A stretch of DNA of 64,000 nucleotides from Octopus vulgaris (GCA_951406725.2 OX597816.1:135904001-135968000), one strand, 5' to 3'. Counted from the stretch's first letter, positions 13,814-27,017 are shown. Made by a program: numbers and translations. The notes: generated by a model from the sequence alone, not told the origin.

Positions 13814-14460
13814 CTAATAATAAAAACAAAACTAAATATAGTGTGTGTTACAGATGCATTTATATATAGTTTTTGCATTCAAAAATAGTTGTAATGCATG
13901 ATAAATAACACTGTAACACAATTTTTGTCCTTGGGTAGCAACTGTTATTTCCTATTTGCTTATTCCTACAAAGTATTGAAAATGGCTAATATTTCCTTCA
14001 AACTTTGCTTTTCTTACATTTATTCAAACTCCGAAGAATCCCTTTCAATATATAGCAATGATGCTCCCCACTACTTTTGCTCATGATCAGATATACACAT
14101 ATTGTCTGCCACTAAGGGACATGTTCAAGTGGTTAAAGTCAAGCAACTGACAAGCAAATCTGTGACATTGAGCAGAATATTTGCTGTAACAATATTTCTG
14201 CTTCAGCAACTCAGTGCTGAATCTGTCTGAAATGTAATGGAAAATAAGTCAGTTTCAAAACATTGATGTCCAGCTCACAAAAGCGAAGTTTGAAGGGAAT
14301 AGAAATGATTTCCTTTGAATTCTAGATAGAAGCAAATAGGAAATAATACTTACTGACCAAAAACAACAACAAAAAAAATTGTTACATAGTGTAATAACAA
14401 AACAAAACTCTACAGAGCATTGACTCTTTTAGCAATATACAGCAAAGATACTTGACTAAC

Positions 14461-14670
14461 CATTGTCAGAGCTTGGTTTTTCTTCATGATTCTGCTCATT
14501 CTCACCATTAGAAGTTTTATGAAGTTTTTCTTCTCCTTCAGATTCACTGAACTCCAATTCTTGCATCACTTTCCTGATTCTGCCTTCAACTTCAACTCTG
14601 CCTTGTTTCTGTGCAATGTCAATAACTTTCTGGTAATGTTGTACAGCACTGCTTACTTTTTTATCACATG
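14461..14670 (-). CDS. TTC25: TTC25/ODAD4 coding exon 10
   Basis: ttcag|CA ... AAT G|gttagt; 210 nt, open in the expected phase; last TPR helix (SAVQHYQKVIDIAQKQG) then the acidic tail begins. Confidence 0.85.
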
Positions 14671-14690
14671 CTGAAATGTATATATGTATA

Positions 14691-14732
<42 letters not shown>

Positions 14733-15862
14733 CATGTGTATAAAACAAAAGAGGGGATGTATTTCCACGTAGGAAAAAATATAATTAATTTTGTTGTTGA
14801 AAATGCACCTAAATTTGAAAAACTTGTAATTGTTTAAAATATATTTATTTACATATATACCAAACTAGTTTCAACAATATTTTTTGTTCAACAATTGTAA
14901 AAATTAAGAATTATGAATTTGAAAAACATCTTTAAAAATTTCAATGTTGATAAATTTTCTCTTGTGTAACTGACTCTCACTAAAAATTACAATCGTTTGA
15001 AATGAATCTCATTTGTTTCTTCTCCCATATGTCTGACATATTTTTTCTCTAGAGATAAAAAGAGGTAAAGGTAGTGAGAGAGAGAGACACACATATGCAA
15101 CCAGAGAGAGAGATAATGAGAGAGACAGAGACATACAGAGGGATGCAGAGGTCCGGCAGCAACTTCGAAGGAATAAATGTAATGTATAAACTTAGAGAAG
15201 GTTGGAGGTGGATTGAGTGATAGGTGGAGTATTAATAAGTGCACAGTTATCTGTGGAATGGTCAACTTAATTTAAATGACATGAAAAACCAGAAATATTA
15301 TCAATTTTATTTAGTGTTTTCAGTGGTCAACATACAGACAAACAAACTTTGCTTTTTATAAGATGTATATATGTACATACGTGTGTATGTACATATACTG
15401 TATATATATATATATATACACACACACATACACACACATATATATTATTTGAAACACACATTATTATTACCGATGTCATATACACTATTACAACCACTCC
15501 CAAAACAATGACAACAACGACAACCACCACCATTATCATTTTATACCAGTTCTTGACATATGATGGACACACACACACACATATGTGTGTGTGTGTGTTA
15601 ATGCTTGTGTTGACATCACATTTATAAACATGTGATACAGGCAGTATACTTTTGTTTTCAATTTTCCTTAGCTATGAAGCAATAATACCTGGCTTGGAGC
15701 CAGATGAGTACAAATTCCATTTAACCCTTATGAGCATCGAAAAATGGATATTAAAATAATGATGATGATGGTAATGATACACAAACACACCCACACACAT
15801 AGATGTGTGCGTGCATGCATGTGTTTGTGTGTATTCATACTAAAATATGTTTATATTCATAC

Positions 15863-16059
15863 CGAAACTTTGAGCACAAAGCAGAGCAGCATTCATTTCC
15901 CAGTCTTCATCTTCAATTTCTTCAGCAACAGCCAGTGACATCTGGCCATAGTTGAGTGCTTCCGCATATTTTTTTAGTTCCAAATAACAACGCCCAATTT
16001 CATGATACAGCCATGCTTTTTCAACACCTTTCAAGTCAGAATTAAGTTTGGTCTCCCAA
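15863..16059 (-). CDS. TTC25: TTC25/ODAD4 coding exon 9
   Basis: gacag|T ... TTC G|gtatga; 197 nt; WETKL...EKAWLYHEIGRCYLEL...WEMNAALLCAQS. Confidence 0.95.
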
Positions 16060-16673
16060 CTGTCATTTAAAAAATGAAAGAAAGTATAATAATATTAATG
16101 AAATTATTGTATACAGTGCTCAGGTGCACCACAACTTGTCAAAAGTGCATATAAAACATATGCAGTAATGTACAAATGTCTGGAAAGTGAACAGTGTATG
16201 AGTCAGATACATGCTTGAGTGTGTATGGAGGGGAGAACATCAGGTGTAGTGTTGACGAATCTCAGGAAGCATGGAAGTTTTGAAGGATGCATGGAAGTAT
16301 GATGTTGTACCAGCCATACCTTTCCCTCAAGACATCATAATCCACATCATGAACTTCTGTTATTATTTTTAGGTAGTGTGTAGCATCAAGTAGTGAGTAA
16401 CAGAATGATGCTGGAGAAATATTTTGTAGTAATTAGTTACATCCATTTAACTTATAAAATTCAAATCCCAACAAGATCAACTTGCATTTCATTCTTTTGG
16501 GTTGGATAAAATAATCACCAGTGAAATACTAGTACTTTACACATGTATTTATATATATTATCTGAACTGTTTAAAATATATAAATAGACATGTCTAACAG
16601 CTGATCAATGCTACATCTGGATTTTCTTCTTGCCATTATATATATATATATATATATATATACATACATACAT

Positions 16674-16712
<39 letters not shown>

Positions 16713-16766
16713 CGTTTATATATTTGTTGTGCAAGATTTTTTATGTGAAGTCATGTGTTGAAACAG

Positions 16767-16971
16767 ATATTGTTATATTTCGGAATGGTCATTTTGCCAG
16801 TTTAGCCAATAAAAACACACGCACTATATATTTGGTGTTATTTTGCTTCAGTGTTATTTATTTTTTACATTAATCTTAATCTTAATAAATAACACTGAAG
16901 CAAAATAACACCAAATATATAGTGCGTGTGTTTTTATTGGCTAAACTGGCAAAATGACCATTCCGAAATAT

Positions 16972-16979
<8 letters not shown>
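16767..16979. repeat. Perfect 96-bp inverted repeat with 21-nt spacer, between (TA)n tracts
   Basis: 16767-16862 is the exact reverse complement of 16884-16979. Confidence 0.95.
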
Positions 16980-17044
<65 letters not shown>

Positions 17045-17639
17045 GTGTGTGTGTCTTTGTGTCTGTGTTTGTCTCCCTGACATCGCTTGACAACTGATGT
17101 TGGTGTGTTTATGTCCCTGTAACTTAGTGGTTTGGCAAAAGAGACCAATAAAATAAGTACTAGGCTGGTTTACAAAGGGTCTCGATTTCTTTGACTAAAA
17201 ACCTTTCAAGGTAATGCTCCAGCTTGGCTGCAGTCAAATGACTGAAACAAGTAAAAGAATATGAGGTATTTTTAAAGTCTGAGTATAAGTATTGTCTAAA
17301 TTATAATGTTGGACATTTCATTTTTAATCTGGACTCAACCTCTTCTTTATAGAATGAAGTAAAGAAAATTACCCTACATGTAGTGTTACATACATTCATA
17401 TTCAGGGTCAGAACAATTTTTTGTATCTGGTAGTTAACTGAGTAAACTCACAGGTTTAGACTATTAGAGACATACTGCATGTAATCAAAGTATTATGGTT
17501 TATGATTACACAATACAAATGCAAAGTAACATACAAATGTACATGCCCCTTACAAAGTTATTGTTATTTGTATCAGTATAATGAGTTATTAAGGTGCTCG
17601 CATATAAAGATATAGTTATGTACAAAGCAATCTGTTTAC

Positions 17640-17720
17640 ATTTTAATGGCTTCTTCGTTTTTTCCCCATCTTGCATATGTTCTGCCAAGATTGTCTACAG
17701 CTCGCCCTTTGTCTTGTTTA
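17640..17720 (-). CDS. TTC25: TTC25/ODAD4 coding exon 8
   Basis: tgcag|T ... AT|gtaaac; 81 nt, phase 2-2; KQDKGRAVDNLGRTYARWGKNEEAIK (cf. SRALDNIGRVFAR). Frame not shown in the ORF track. Confidence 0.9.
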
Positions 17721-18262
17721 CTGCAAAAATATTGAAAAGAATTTCAAATCAAGTATCACTTTAAAAAAGACCTTCTCATACTCTTCCTTGAGCCAACAAA
17801 ATAAATATATAAACATGCATAGTTTTATTAATATTTAGCAGAAGCAACAGAGTGATGCAAAGACCAGGAGTTTTGTTGCGTTGGCATTTACTATACCTGT
17901 ACATAAAGGTGAGTGCTGCAAGGCTACAAACATTCAGATGCCTTTCCTGTTGCCAACTCTCACTAGCTTTTAGGAGAGGTAATAATCTCCTAGTTTATTG
18001 AACAATCAACACCTAGTCATGTTTATGACACTGTATCAATGAGCCTTTTATTTAAAAAGATTGAGCAGCTTGACAAATCACACCAAGAAGCGCAAACATG
18101 CTTTTGCAGTGGACTACAAGCAAACAGCACAGCTAGCGAAAGCCATCATATACAAGCAGTGAGCAAAGATATGTGAAAATGAGGGAAATGCACAATCATT
18201 CATGCAAACACACAGATGCACATATATGCATACACACACACATACACACATAAACATGCATG

Positions 18263-18294
<32 letters not shown>

Positions 18295-18983
18295 AATATA
18301 TATACATACACATATATATATATATAAGTACATGTGTATGCATAGAATATATTAGAAATATTCCACATAAGTCATGAGATATGGAAAAATAAGAAGAAAA
18401 GATGTTTTTTCCTTTTATATTGTTGTGAATTTATTCCAAAGGATATTATTAAAGTCAAATCATGTCAAGATTACTAATTCCAAAGTATTCTCAAATCATT
18501 TCAAAATACCTAATTAAACATTTCAAAGTCCATAATTACAAATATACATCTAAATACATAATTTCCAACTGGTTTCAATTCTTACAGAATATATCCATTG
18601 CAATGTACGTCTGCAATTATATATATATATTTATATAGGAATAATGGGAATATGGGTAGCTCCAGTATAAGTAGTAATGATAATAAAATATATATATATC
18701 AGAAAATAATAAAATAATAAGATATATACATATATATATATATCAGAAAAATATAAGGTAAACCTTTACTGCAGTGAAACTAATCTGCACTCTATAGGAG
18801 CAAATAATATCATAAATCAAAGTAGAGGAGAAACTTTTATAGCTGAAATTCCTTTATCAAAATTCATATACACTATCAAAATACACATATGCAGAGTCAT
18901 CAAAATTTTTAGGTGTCAAGCATTCCAATATTACAAGTCAACAATGAAGTTAGATGAGCAGTGGTATATAATAGCATATATAT

Positions 18984-19066
18984 CCTTACAATCATTTCAG
19001 GAAATTGTGTTTGTATTGGACAAATCTTCCAACCAATACAAATGGCCACATTTCCCTCATCAGAGG
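18984..19066 (-). ncRNA. Hammerhead motif with extended stem II
   Basis: CCU-CUGAUGA-GGGAAAUGUG..UUUGUAUUGG(loop)CCAAUACAAA-CACAAUUUCCU-GAAA-UGAUU-GUA-AGG. Confidence 0.6.
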
Positions 19067-19490
19067 TACATTAAGTGATTAAAATATTTTTAAAATAGTT
19101 TTTAAATATTATCTAGTTACAGAGCATAGGAGGGTTTCAGAATAATGTTATAGTTTTTTTTAGAAAAGTTTGTAAAGATGTAGAAATCTTTGTAAAATGA
19201 AAAATATTTGTAAAAATAAAATATTTGTGCCAATAAAGAAGAAAATATTTGTAAAAGTAGAGTGCGGAGTTCAATAAAATCGTGAATGTTATAACAGATG
19301 AACATTTTCATATAAAAGGAATGAGGACAATATTTCAAGTTCAACTTAAGTTAACAGTTTAAATAAGCTGTTGGATACATTAGCACTTAATTAATCATAG
19401 GGTGAATCCATGCATGTGGAATGTTATTATCACCACCACCACCACCAACAACAACAACAATTCCAAGACCACAACTAAACAGATTCTTAC

Positions 19491-19698
19491 TTTTCCTCTG
19501 ATATAGACTGATCTTTAATATGATGATTCTCTGCAAGTTGGAACTCACCAAGTTCCATGAAAGCATTACCAATGCAACTGTGAAGATTAGCAATAAACAA
19601 ATTTTTTTCAGGTACTTTATTGGAAGGACAGGCTTCGACTATTTTGAGAGTACCTCTGGCTTTCTCCAAAGCTTTTCTGAAGTTTCCTTGAAGTAGAA
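19491..19698 (-). CDS. TTC25: TTC25/ODAD4 coding exon 7
   Basis: tgcag|TT ... GAA AA|gtaag; 208 nt; FIANLHSCIGNAFMELGEFQLAENHHIKD. Confidence 0.94.
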
Positions 19699-19783
19699 CT
19701 GCAACAGAATCAACAAAAGCATTGCATGATCTCTTAATTAAACATGAAATGTAACATAAGAACAATCATATATCACAAACATA

Positions 19784-21077
19784 TCAGGTCATCCCATAAG
19801 TTCTGTCCGAATTTTGAATAAAGAAAACAAGTGATCAAATGCTATATTTAATTGAAATCTAATCATCAATGTACTTTCCCTGATTATCTATAATATCCTT
19901 CCATCTATTTACAAACTTTTTAATCCCATCAATGTAAAACTCTTTTGGTTTCAAAGCGAAGAACTCTGAAATGTCAGTTTTGACTTCCTCCTGGCTTGTG
20001 AAAGTTATGCCCCCCAAATGATTCTGTAAACTTATATATGTGTATGTATATATATTTATATGGTAGTCTGAAGGAGCAAGGTCGGGAGAATAAGGTGGAT
20101 GAGGAATTTTTTCCCAACCAAGCTCTTCGATCTTCTGTGATGTGATCTTTGCAGTGTGGAGTCACGCATTGTCCTGATGAAAATATCACTCCTTTTCGAT
20201 TCACTAAAGCGGGTCTTTTTTTCTTCAAAGCTTGGTTCAAACGCTCTAATTGCTGACAGTAGACTTGAGCATTGATTGTTGCATTAGGAGGTAACAATTC
20301 AAAGTGAATTACTCCTTTGCAATCCCACCAGATAGAGAGAAGAGCCTTCTTTCCATGAAGTTTTCTTCTCGGTTGTGGTTGAGCATTTTCCCTTTTACCA
20401 AGGCACTGTTTACGATGTTTAATATTTCAATAGAAGAGCCATTTTTTGTCACCAGTCACAAGTCTATCCATGAGTTCACAAGAATGGAGAAGAGCAAATG
20501 TCAACTCAAGATTTGTGGTTGCTTTCAGACAATTCATGAGGCACCCATTTTCCAAGTTTAGGAACCTTTCCAAGTTGTTGAAGATGACGATGAACAGTTG
20601 TATGATTTGAACTAAGCTTTATTGCCAATTCTTCAACAGATAATGCAGGATTTTCTTCAAGTAATGCCTCAAGGAGTTTATCATCAAACTCAACTGGATG
20701 TCCTGTTCAATCTTCATCTTCAAAGCTGAAATCTCCACTTCTGAATTTTGCAAACCATTTTCTGCAAGTTCTTTTATTCAAGCATTCTTTTCCATAAACT
20801 GAGTGTATATTTCGAGTCACTTCGGCTGCAGAGTTTCCTTTTTTTGTACTCATAAAGCATTATGTGCCTTAAATGCTCTTTGGATACTTCCATGTTAGAA
20901 AGGGTTTTAATCAAAGAAATTTTAATTCTATTATTCTGTAAAATAATATTTAATTAGTTTAAATGTACTCAAATGGATAAAAATAATTTTTAATTCCGTT
21001 AGACATTCTAAAATAATATTAAATTTCATTCAATTTTAAAAAAGGTAAAATCGGACAGAACTTATGGGATGACCTGA
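19784..21077 (-). mobile_element. Mariner transposon, full length (1294 bp), defective (TTC25 intron 6)
   Basis: Perfect 27-bp TIR tcaggtcatcccataagttctgtccga with TA on both sides; transposase from ATG 20893 (MEVSKEHLRHIMLYEY) with HPPYSPDLAPSDY; frameshifts. Confidence 0.95.
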
Positions 21078-21618
21078 TAACTGCCTGGAAAGCATAGGAA
21101 AAATCCTTGCTTCAATACCCTAAATAAGCAGATAAAAAATATGTGCTGTATCAATTTGGGATTGAAATTCAGGATTTCAACTAAGTTCTATTCATGGCTA
21201 TGTCAATTTAATTGTAATGTAAAAAATAAAAAGCCTCCATGAATGGTTGATATATATTTTATCAATGTGAACAGGAAGAAAAGCAAAGTAAATTCTGGCA
21301 CGGTTTGAATTCCACCTCTTTAGCATTCAGATTGCTCTGTTAAAAGTAATGCTTATTTATTCACACCATTTTGAATTAAAAATGCATTATCTTTGAATCA
21401 ATAATGCAATTTCAATGATACTTAGTTTAGAACATTGTAAGGTAGTGTGAGAGGCCAGATCTAGCCAAATTGAATATAATACAGGTAGAATATTTGAGCC
21501 AGATATTGCCCTTTTAAATGCTAAAAGACTAAAAATAAAGAGACATAACTACACACTGCAAAACATTTAGTCCAGTGCTCTACCATTCATACCAATGAAA
21601 AGAAGTTTGTTATCTTAC

Positions 21619-21822
21619 GGTCATCTACTTCTTCCAGACGGTTGAGAATGTCTTTGCTGCCACTGCGGAGGATTGCACTCTTGGCCGTAGTCTTCCTTCT
21701 ATGAGAATACAAAGGTTTCTGTTGCTGCCAAAAATTCATACGTGTATCAAGGTACTCAAGCTCATCTATTATTAAGTTGCGAATTGTCTCATCATTGAAA
21801 TCTATCTTTGAATTTGTCAAAG
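21619..21822 (-). CDS. TTC25: TTC25/ODAD4 coding exon 6
   Basis: tttag|CT ... GAC C|gtaag; 204 nt; LIIDELEYLDTRMNFWQQQKPLYSHRR (cf. YLDxRxxFWxQQKPIYAR). Confidence 0.93.
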
Positions 21823-22633
21823 CTAAAAAAAATTAGAAAAGTAAAAAAGACCTGAGGATAAAATTTTATTAACCCTTTGCCTGTCCTGTATATCACATGA
21901 TAAATAGGACAGAAAAAGAAAGATTTCACACACCCTCCAAAGGTCTGAAGATCACTGGTGGTCCTGTGCCAGCTCCTCTGCATCCCCCAAGATGACATCA
22001 ACTCTCTGTAGATCTTCCCCAATCATGACAAGCTTGTTGATGCAGGACCTGCCATGATGCCTCTTCCATCCCACAGTTGCTGCATCAAATAAGAGTGTTT
22101 TCCAAGTGTCCATGCATCATATATGATACAAGTCTCCAATATTTTTCACTCAACAGAGCAACTTGAGACTTAAGAAAGGAAAGCTTTACATTACTCAGAA
22201 CATATTAAACAGGGGCTAACTAAAGATTGAAATCAAGTATGGACATTTAGGACAAACTTATGGAATTGCTTTGGACAGGCAAAGTATGAAATTGAGGATT
22301 CATTTATATAAAAATAAAGATTTGAAATTTGAAAGATAATATAACCCAACAAGGTCACATTTGGCTGCCTATCTTTCTGCCTGCTTGTCTGTCTCCTTGT
22401 CTTCATTAGACCAAATATTAGCAGCAAAAATAAATACCCTGCAACCAGCATTAATTAATATTTATTATAGGCACAGACATGATTGTGAGGTTAAGAAGCT
22501 TGCTTTGCAACCACATGGTTTCAAGTTCAGTCCCATTACGTGGCACCTTAGACAAGCATCTTCTACTTCAGCTCCAGGTTGATCAATGCCTTGTAAGTGA
22601 GTTTGATAGATGGAAACTGTGCTGAAGTCCTTC

Positions 22634-22665
<32 letters not shown>

Positions 22666-23306
22666 TTTGACCCTTACCCCCCACTCCCACTGCCTGACAA
22701 CCAGTATTGATCTGCTTACAGTGCCATTACTTAGTGGTTTAGCAAAAGAAACAAAAAAATGTCCCAGACTTTAAAAACAAAGTATTGGGGTTGATTAGTT
22801 CAACTAAACTTTTCAAGATGACCACTTCCAATGACTGAAGTAAAATATTTATTATTAATAATTTAGAAATATTTGTATTCCCAAGAAACCTTTTATTTTG
22901 TTTGTGATTTCTGTACAATTTACTTACTTTGAACTACCAGTTGGCTTTCAGTCATGAGGTTGATCAAGAGGAGATACAAAGACATTCTCAAGACAACCTT
23001 GTATAAAGTGTAACTTAGAGCAGTCTACTAGGGAACATTTTGCTCAAGATCACTCAATGTGGTGTAGTGCTGTGTACTCTGGAGTACAGCACTCAGAATC
23101 AGAAATGATCAGAGAAACTAGAAAAAGGAAGACAAAATGAAAAGTAAGAGTCTCGCTGGGTCTTGATTCTGCTATTATATGACCCCACTGAAACAGTGGA
23201 TTTCATGCCAATATTGGTGCAATAAGCCACCCCAGAACCCACAAAGACTAAAGCTGCTAATCTAACCATCTTCAGAATCATGAAAACAAATATCAACATC
23301 ACTTAC

Positions 23307-23475
23307 TTTTGTCTAAAAGCAAATGTTCCAGATATTCTTTGTCAATATGTAGTTCTTCCAGCAATTTCTTTGTAACTTTTGGGTCCCCAGAAGGTACTTT
23401 CCTCTGCCGAGTCTTCTTTTCTTCAACTTTCTGTATCATTTTACGACGTCCTTCCCTGTGAGGTTTCTTATTTTT
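23307..23475 (-). CDS. TTC25: TTC25/ODAD4 coding exon 5
   Basis: ttcag|AAA ... AAA A|gtaagt; 169 nt; ends KKLLEELHIDKEYLEHLLLDK (cf. LLGELYxDKEYLEKLL). Confidence 0.92.
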
Positions 23476-23879
23476 CTGAAGTTTAAAACAAAACAATGTA
23501 CAGTGTTACATAAATAGTGATAGAATTTATTTATATTTTGTAAATACAAAGCAAAAGAAAAACAAAACAACCTGATAGATGAGACTCATAGTCTGGAACA
23601 AAATAATGCTTTTCTGCCTAAGAGATTAGCCTCTCCTTAAAAATATTCTTTAGGCTATGTGGTTAAGAAGCTCACTTTACAACCACATGGTTTCAGGTTC
23701 TGTCCCACTATGTGGCACCTTATGCAAGTGTCTTTTACTATAGCTCTGGGCTGATCAATGCCTTGTGAGTGAATTTGAAAGATAGAAATCATGTGAAACA
23801 CACACATATATATGTAAAACTTTATGTATGTATATCTGTATTATATATATATGCATGCATGTGTGTATGTATTAGATTT

Positions 23880-24420
23880 GTCCTTCTTGTATCTGAAGAT
23901 AACCAGATTATCAGTTTTAGTCTTTGTGGGTCCTGAGGTGGATTTTTAGGCCAATTTTGGCAAGAAATCCATAGTTACAATGGAGGCTTATAATAGCAGA
24001 ATCCAGATCAAGTGGAGCCCTTGCTTTCCATCCAGCCCTTCTCTCTTTAGCTTCTCCAGTCATATTAGGTACAAAGCACTGTACTCCAATGTACATGACC
24101 CTATTCCTCAGTGAGCAATCCTGAGCAATTTGCTCCCTAGTACATTGCTCTAAACTACACTTTTTCAAAGAAGTCTTGAGCTTGCCTTTGTATTTCTTCT
24201 TTAGTCCACCACATGACCAAGAGCCAACTGGTAGTTCACCATAGAAAATCTGTTTGGGGAATCTGGAAGTGGGCATGCAAGCTACATGTCCACTCCATTA
24301 CAAATGAAATCTGCTTGACATATTATCTCTCTTGAACACGGTTGAACTGGGAATTTTATTCTGCCACCTGATTTTTCACAGTTATGTTTGGTGAATTTTG
24401 CCAGATTGCCACCTTAACAA
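23880..24420 (-). mobile_element. RTE/BovB-type LINE 3' end
   Basis: MPTSRFPKQIFYGEL...KLKTSLKKC...IGLKIHLRTH* (C-terminal zinc-finger-like end). Confidence 0.8.
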
Positions 24421-25755
24421 TAACCAATATTGAAAGTAGTAGTTTTTTAACTCGATAAAGAAGTGATTTACACCTGCTCACAATTCCAAACAAATCTAAA
24501 CACTTGATGATCCACAAATCATATCATAAACTTTGCGATAGTCAATCCAGGCCATTCCCAAAAATCACCCTGGACCCTTTGTCAGATTGAGTTTATACTG
24601 GTTTCAAATTTTGGCACAAGACCAGAAAATTGAGAGGGAGAAGGTAAGTCAATTACGTTGACCCTAGTGTTCAACTGGTACTTATTTTATCAACCCTGAA
24701 AGGGTGAAAAGCAAAGTCAACCCCAGTGGAATTTGAGCCCAGAATCTTTTGAATTAATCATGCATTATCTTATAGTTTCAATATTTCGATGATGTGATTG
24801 TTTATTTTTAGAATGACATTGTAGGGTTTGTGGAAAAGTCCAGATCAGGCAGAAGATTTGGGTCAGATATGGCCAGTTTAAATGTTAAAGGGTAAACGTT
24901 ATAAAAATGTACTGTCATGTCTAGAGATCTTGCTTAGATCAACTGTGGCTTTCATTCTTCAAGGAATGGTAAAATACTTAAATTTTTTACACTCCTTCCA
25001 CAAAATGTGTGACCCCCATCCCTCTCTAAGTCAGAAACAAATATACCCTTACCTATTTCTATTCTTTAACAAATCAACAACATAACATTTATGTCATTGC
25101 TTTACTTGTTAGAAATATTAGCCAAATTTCCATCAAATCACATCGCATGATAATTACAAAATGGAAAAAAGGACACACTACATAATATAGAACAAGATAC
25201 TGCCAGAAAGACAGAGTAGAGTCATGGCTTGAATACCTTTAACCTATTGGGAGAGAATTCGCTTGGCACTAAACTACAACTGTTTACAATATTATTAAAA
25301 AATCACAACACTTGATAAAATATAATACCAGTCACATTCTAGGGTAAATTATAACTGTGTACAGAAACCCTTATATTTCTATTCCTTAAAACTTCTTACA
25401 GCAACACAGTGTTTAATGGATATCATCCTCACAATCATCTTTTTAGCATCCACTTTTCCTATTAGCATGAATCAGACAGAATTTTGTTGAGGCAGATTTT
25501 CTAGGGCTAGATGCCCTTCTTGTCACTAACCCTAACCTATTTCTAAGCAAAAGTAAGGTAATGCTTCTAAACCAGTATATGTGCTAATTAATTCAAATTT
25601 CAGGAAATATTCAGTAATACATGGATGTATGATGAAAGATTTCCAGACAATGAACATAAGATGAAATGAGCACAATAAAAAACGAGTGAAGAACGAATAT
25701 ATAGTGTGTGTGTTTATTTGGCAAATAACAATATCAAGTGAACATTTTTCATTAC

Positions 25756-25820
25756 CTCTTCTTGGTGTCTCTCAAACAAGGAAAGATCTCCTTCAGCCAG
25801 CAGCTTCACACTGTTGAAAC
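25756..25820 (-). CDS. TTC25: TTC25/ODAD4 coding exon 4
   Basis: ttcag|GT ... GAG|gtaat; 65 nt, phase 1 to 0; SFNSVKLLAEGDLSLFERHQEE (cf. KLxxxGDLSF). Confidence 0.88.
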
Positions 25821-26111
25821 CTGAATAAGAGAGTCATCTTTATTTTTTAGTAATATAACCATAAGAACATGTGTGTTTCTATGAGTGTATCTCTTTACTG
25901 AAAGACACGTAAATGAAATAGATGGTCATCATTGAATACAATAGACAACAAATGAAATATACACATGTAGAAATATATATATATATATATATATATATAT
26001 CATCATCATCATCATCGTTTAATATATATATATATATATATATAAGAATTTTTTGCGTAATGAGATAAAAAACCAAGGCTGTGTAGATATTAGAACATTT
26101 ATAGATAGATG

Positions 26112-26160
26112 GTCTTACAGCTGTTTCCAGGATATTTATTAATATCCCTTCATCAGAGAC
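26112..26160 (-). ncRNA. Minimal type I hammerhead ribozyme motif
   Basis: GUCU-CUGAUGA-a-GGGAUAU(uaauaa)AUAUCCU-g-GAAAC-AGCU-GUA-AGAC: intact core, stem I GUCU/AGAC, palindromic stem III, GUA cleavage triplet. Confidence 0.8.
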
Positions 26161-26192
26161 GATGTGAGAAGGTGGTTAAGTCCTCTCACACC

Positions 26193-26244
26193 GTCTCCGA
26201 TGAAGGGATATAATTAATAAATATCCTGGAAACAGCTGTAACAC
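26193..26244 (+). ncRNA. Hammerhead motif, degenerate inverted partner copy
   Basis: GUCU-CCGAUGA...GAAAC-AGCU-GUA-ACAC: U4C core change and one stem I mismatch. Confidence 0.65.
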
Positions 26245-26477
26245 CTTCTAATATCTACACAGCTTTGTTTTAATATCTACACAGCCTGTTCTAATATCTA
26301 CACAGCCTTGGTTTTTTATCTCATTATGCAAAAAAATCATAAATACACACACTGACATAGAACCAACGTTGAACCCCTTATTTGCAAAATTACCGAATAT
26401 GGAACTTAAATATGGTCTGTCTATAGCACTTATTCAGCATTACCTGACACCTTTGGGTCTCAATGACACCATTATCT

Positions 26478-26520
<43 letters not shown>

Positions 26521-26559
26521 TCACACATATACGCATACACACATACATACCTCTTACCA

Positions 26560-26955
26560 TTTATCTTTTACTTGTTTCAGTCATTAGACTGCAACCATGC
26601 AGGGGCACTGCCTTGAAGAGTTTTTAGTCAAACAAATCGACCCTAGTACTTTTTTTTTTTAACCTAGTACTTATTCAATCAGTCTCATTTGCTGAACTGC
26701 TAAGTTTCAGGGATGTAAACACACCAACACCAGTTGTCAAGCAGTAGTGGGGGACAAACATAGGCACAAAAAACAGTCCCCCCACACACACAAACAACAG
26801 GCTTCTTTCAGTTTCCGTCTACCAAATTCACTCACAAGGCTTTGGTTGGCCCAAGGTTATTGCAGTAGACACTTACCCAACATGCTACGCAGTGGGACTG
26901 AACCTGGAACCATGTTGTTGGGAAACAGAATTATCACACAGCCAAGCCTGCGCCT
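26560..26955 (-). mobile_element. Bipartite tRNA-SINE with internal microsatellite (most abundant family here)
   Basis: Head ...ggttcagtcccactgcg..., body gtgaatttggtagacggaaactgaaagaagcc, tail gactgaaacaagtaaaaga. Copies at ~3830-4165, 9830-10240, 12950-13262, 17045-17260, 22468-22840, 32768-32990, 49030-49332, 57225-57870 and 58762-59075. Confidence 0.85.
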
Positions 26956-26973
26956 ATATATATATATATATAT

Positions 26974-27017
<44 letters not shown>

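Noticed and set aside
26249-26307. Three short repeats with small spacers (CRISPR-like look)
   Set aside because: Eukaryotic context, spacers only a few nt and no cas genes; it is a slippage triplication
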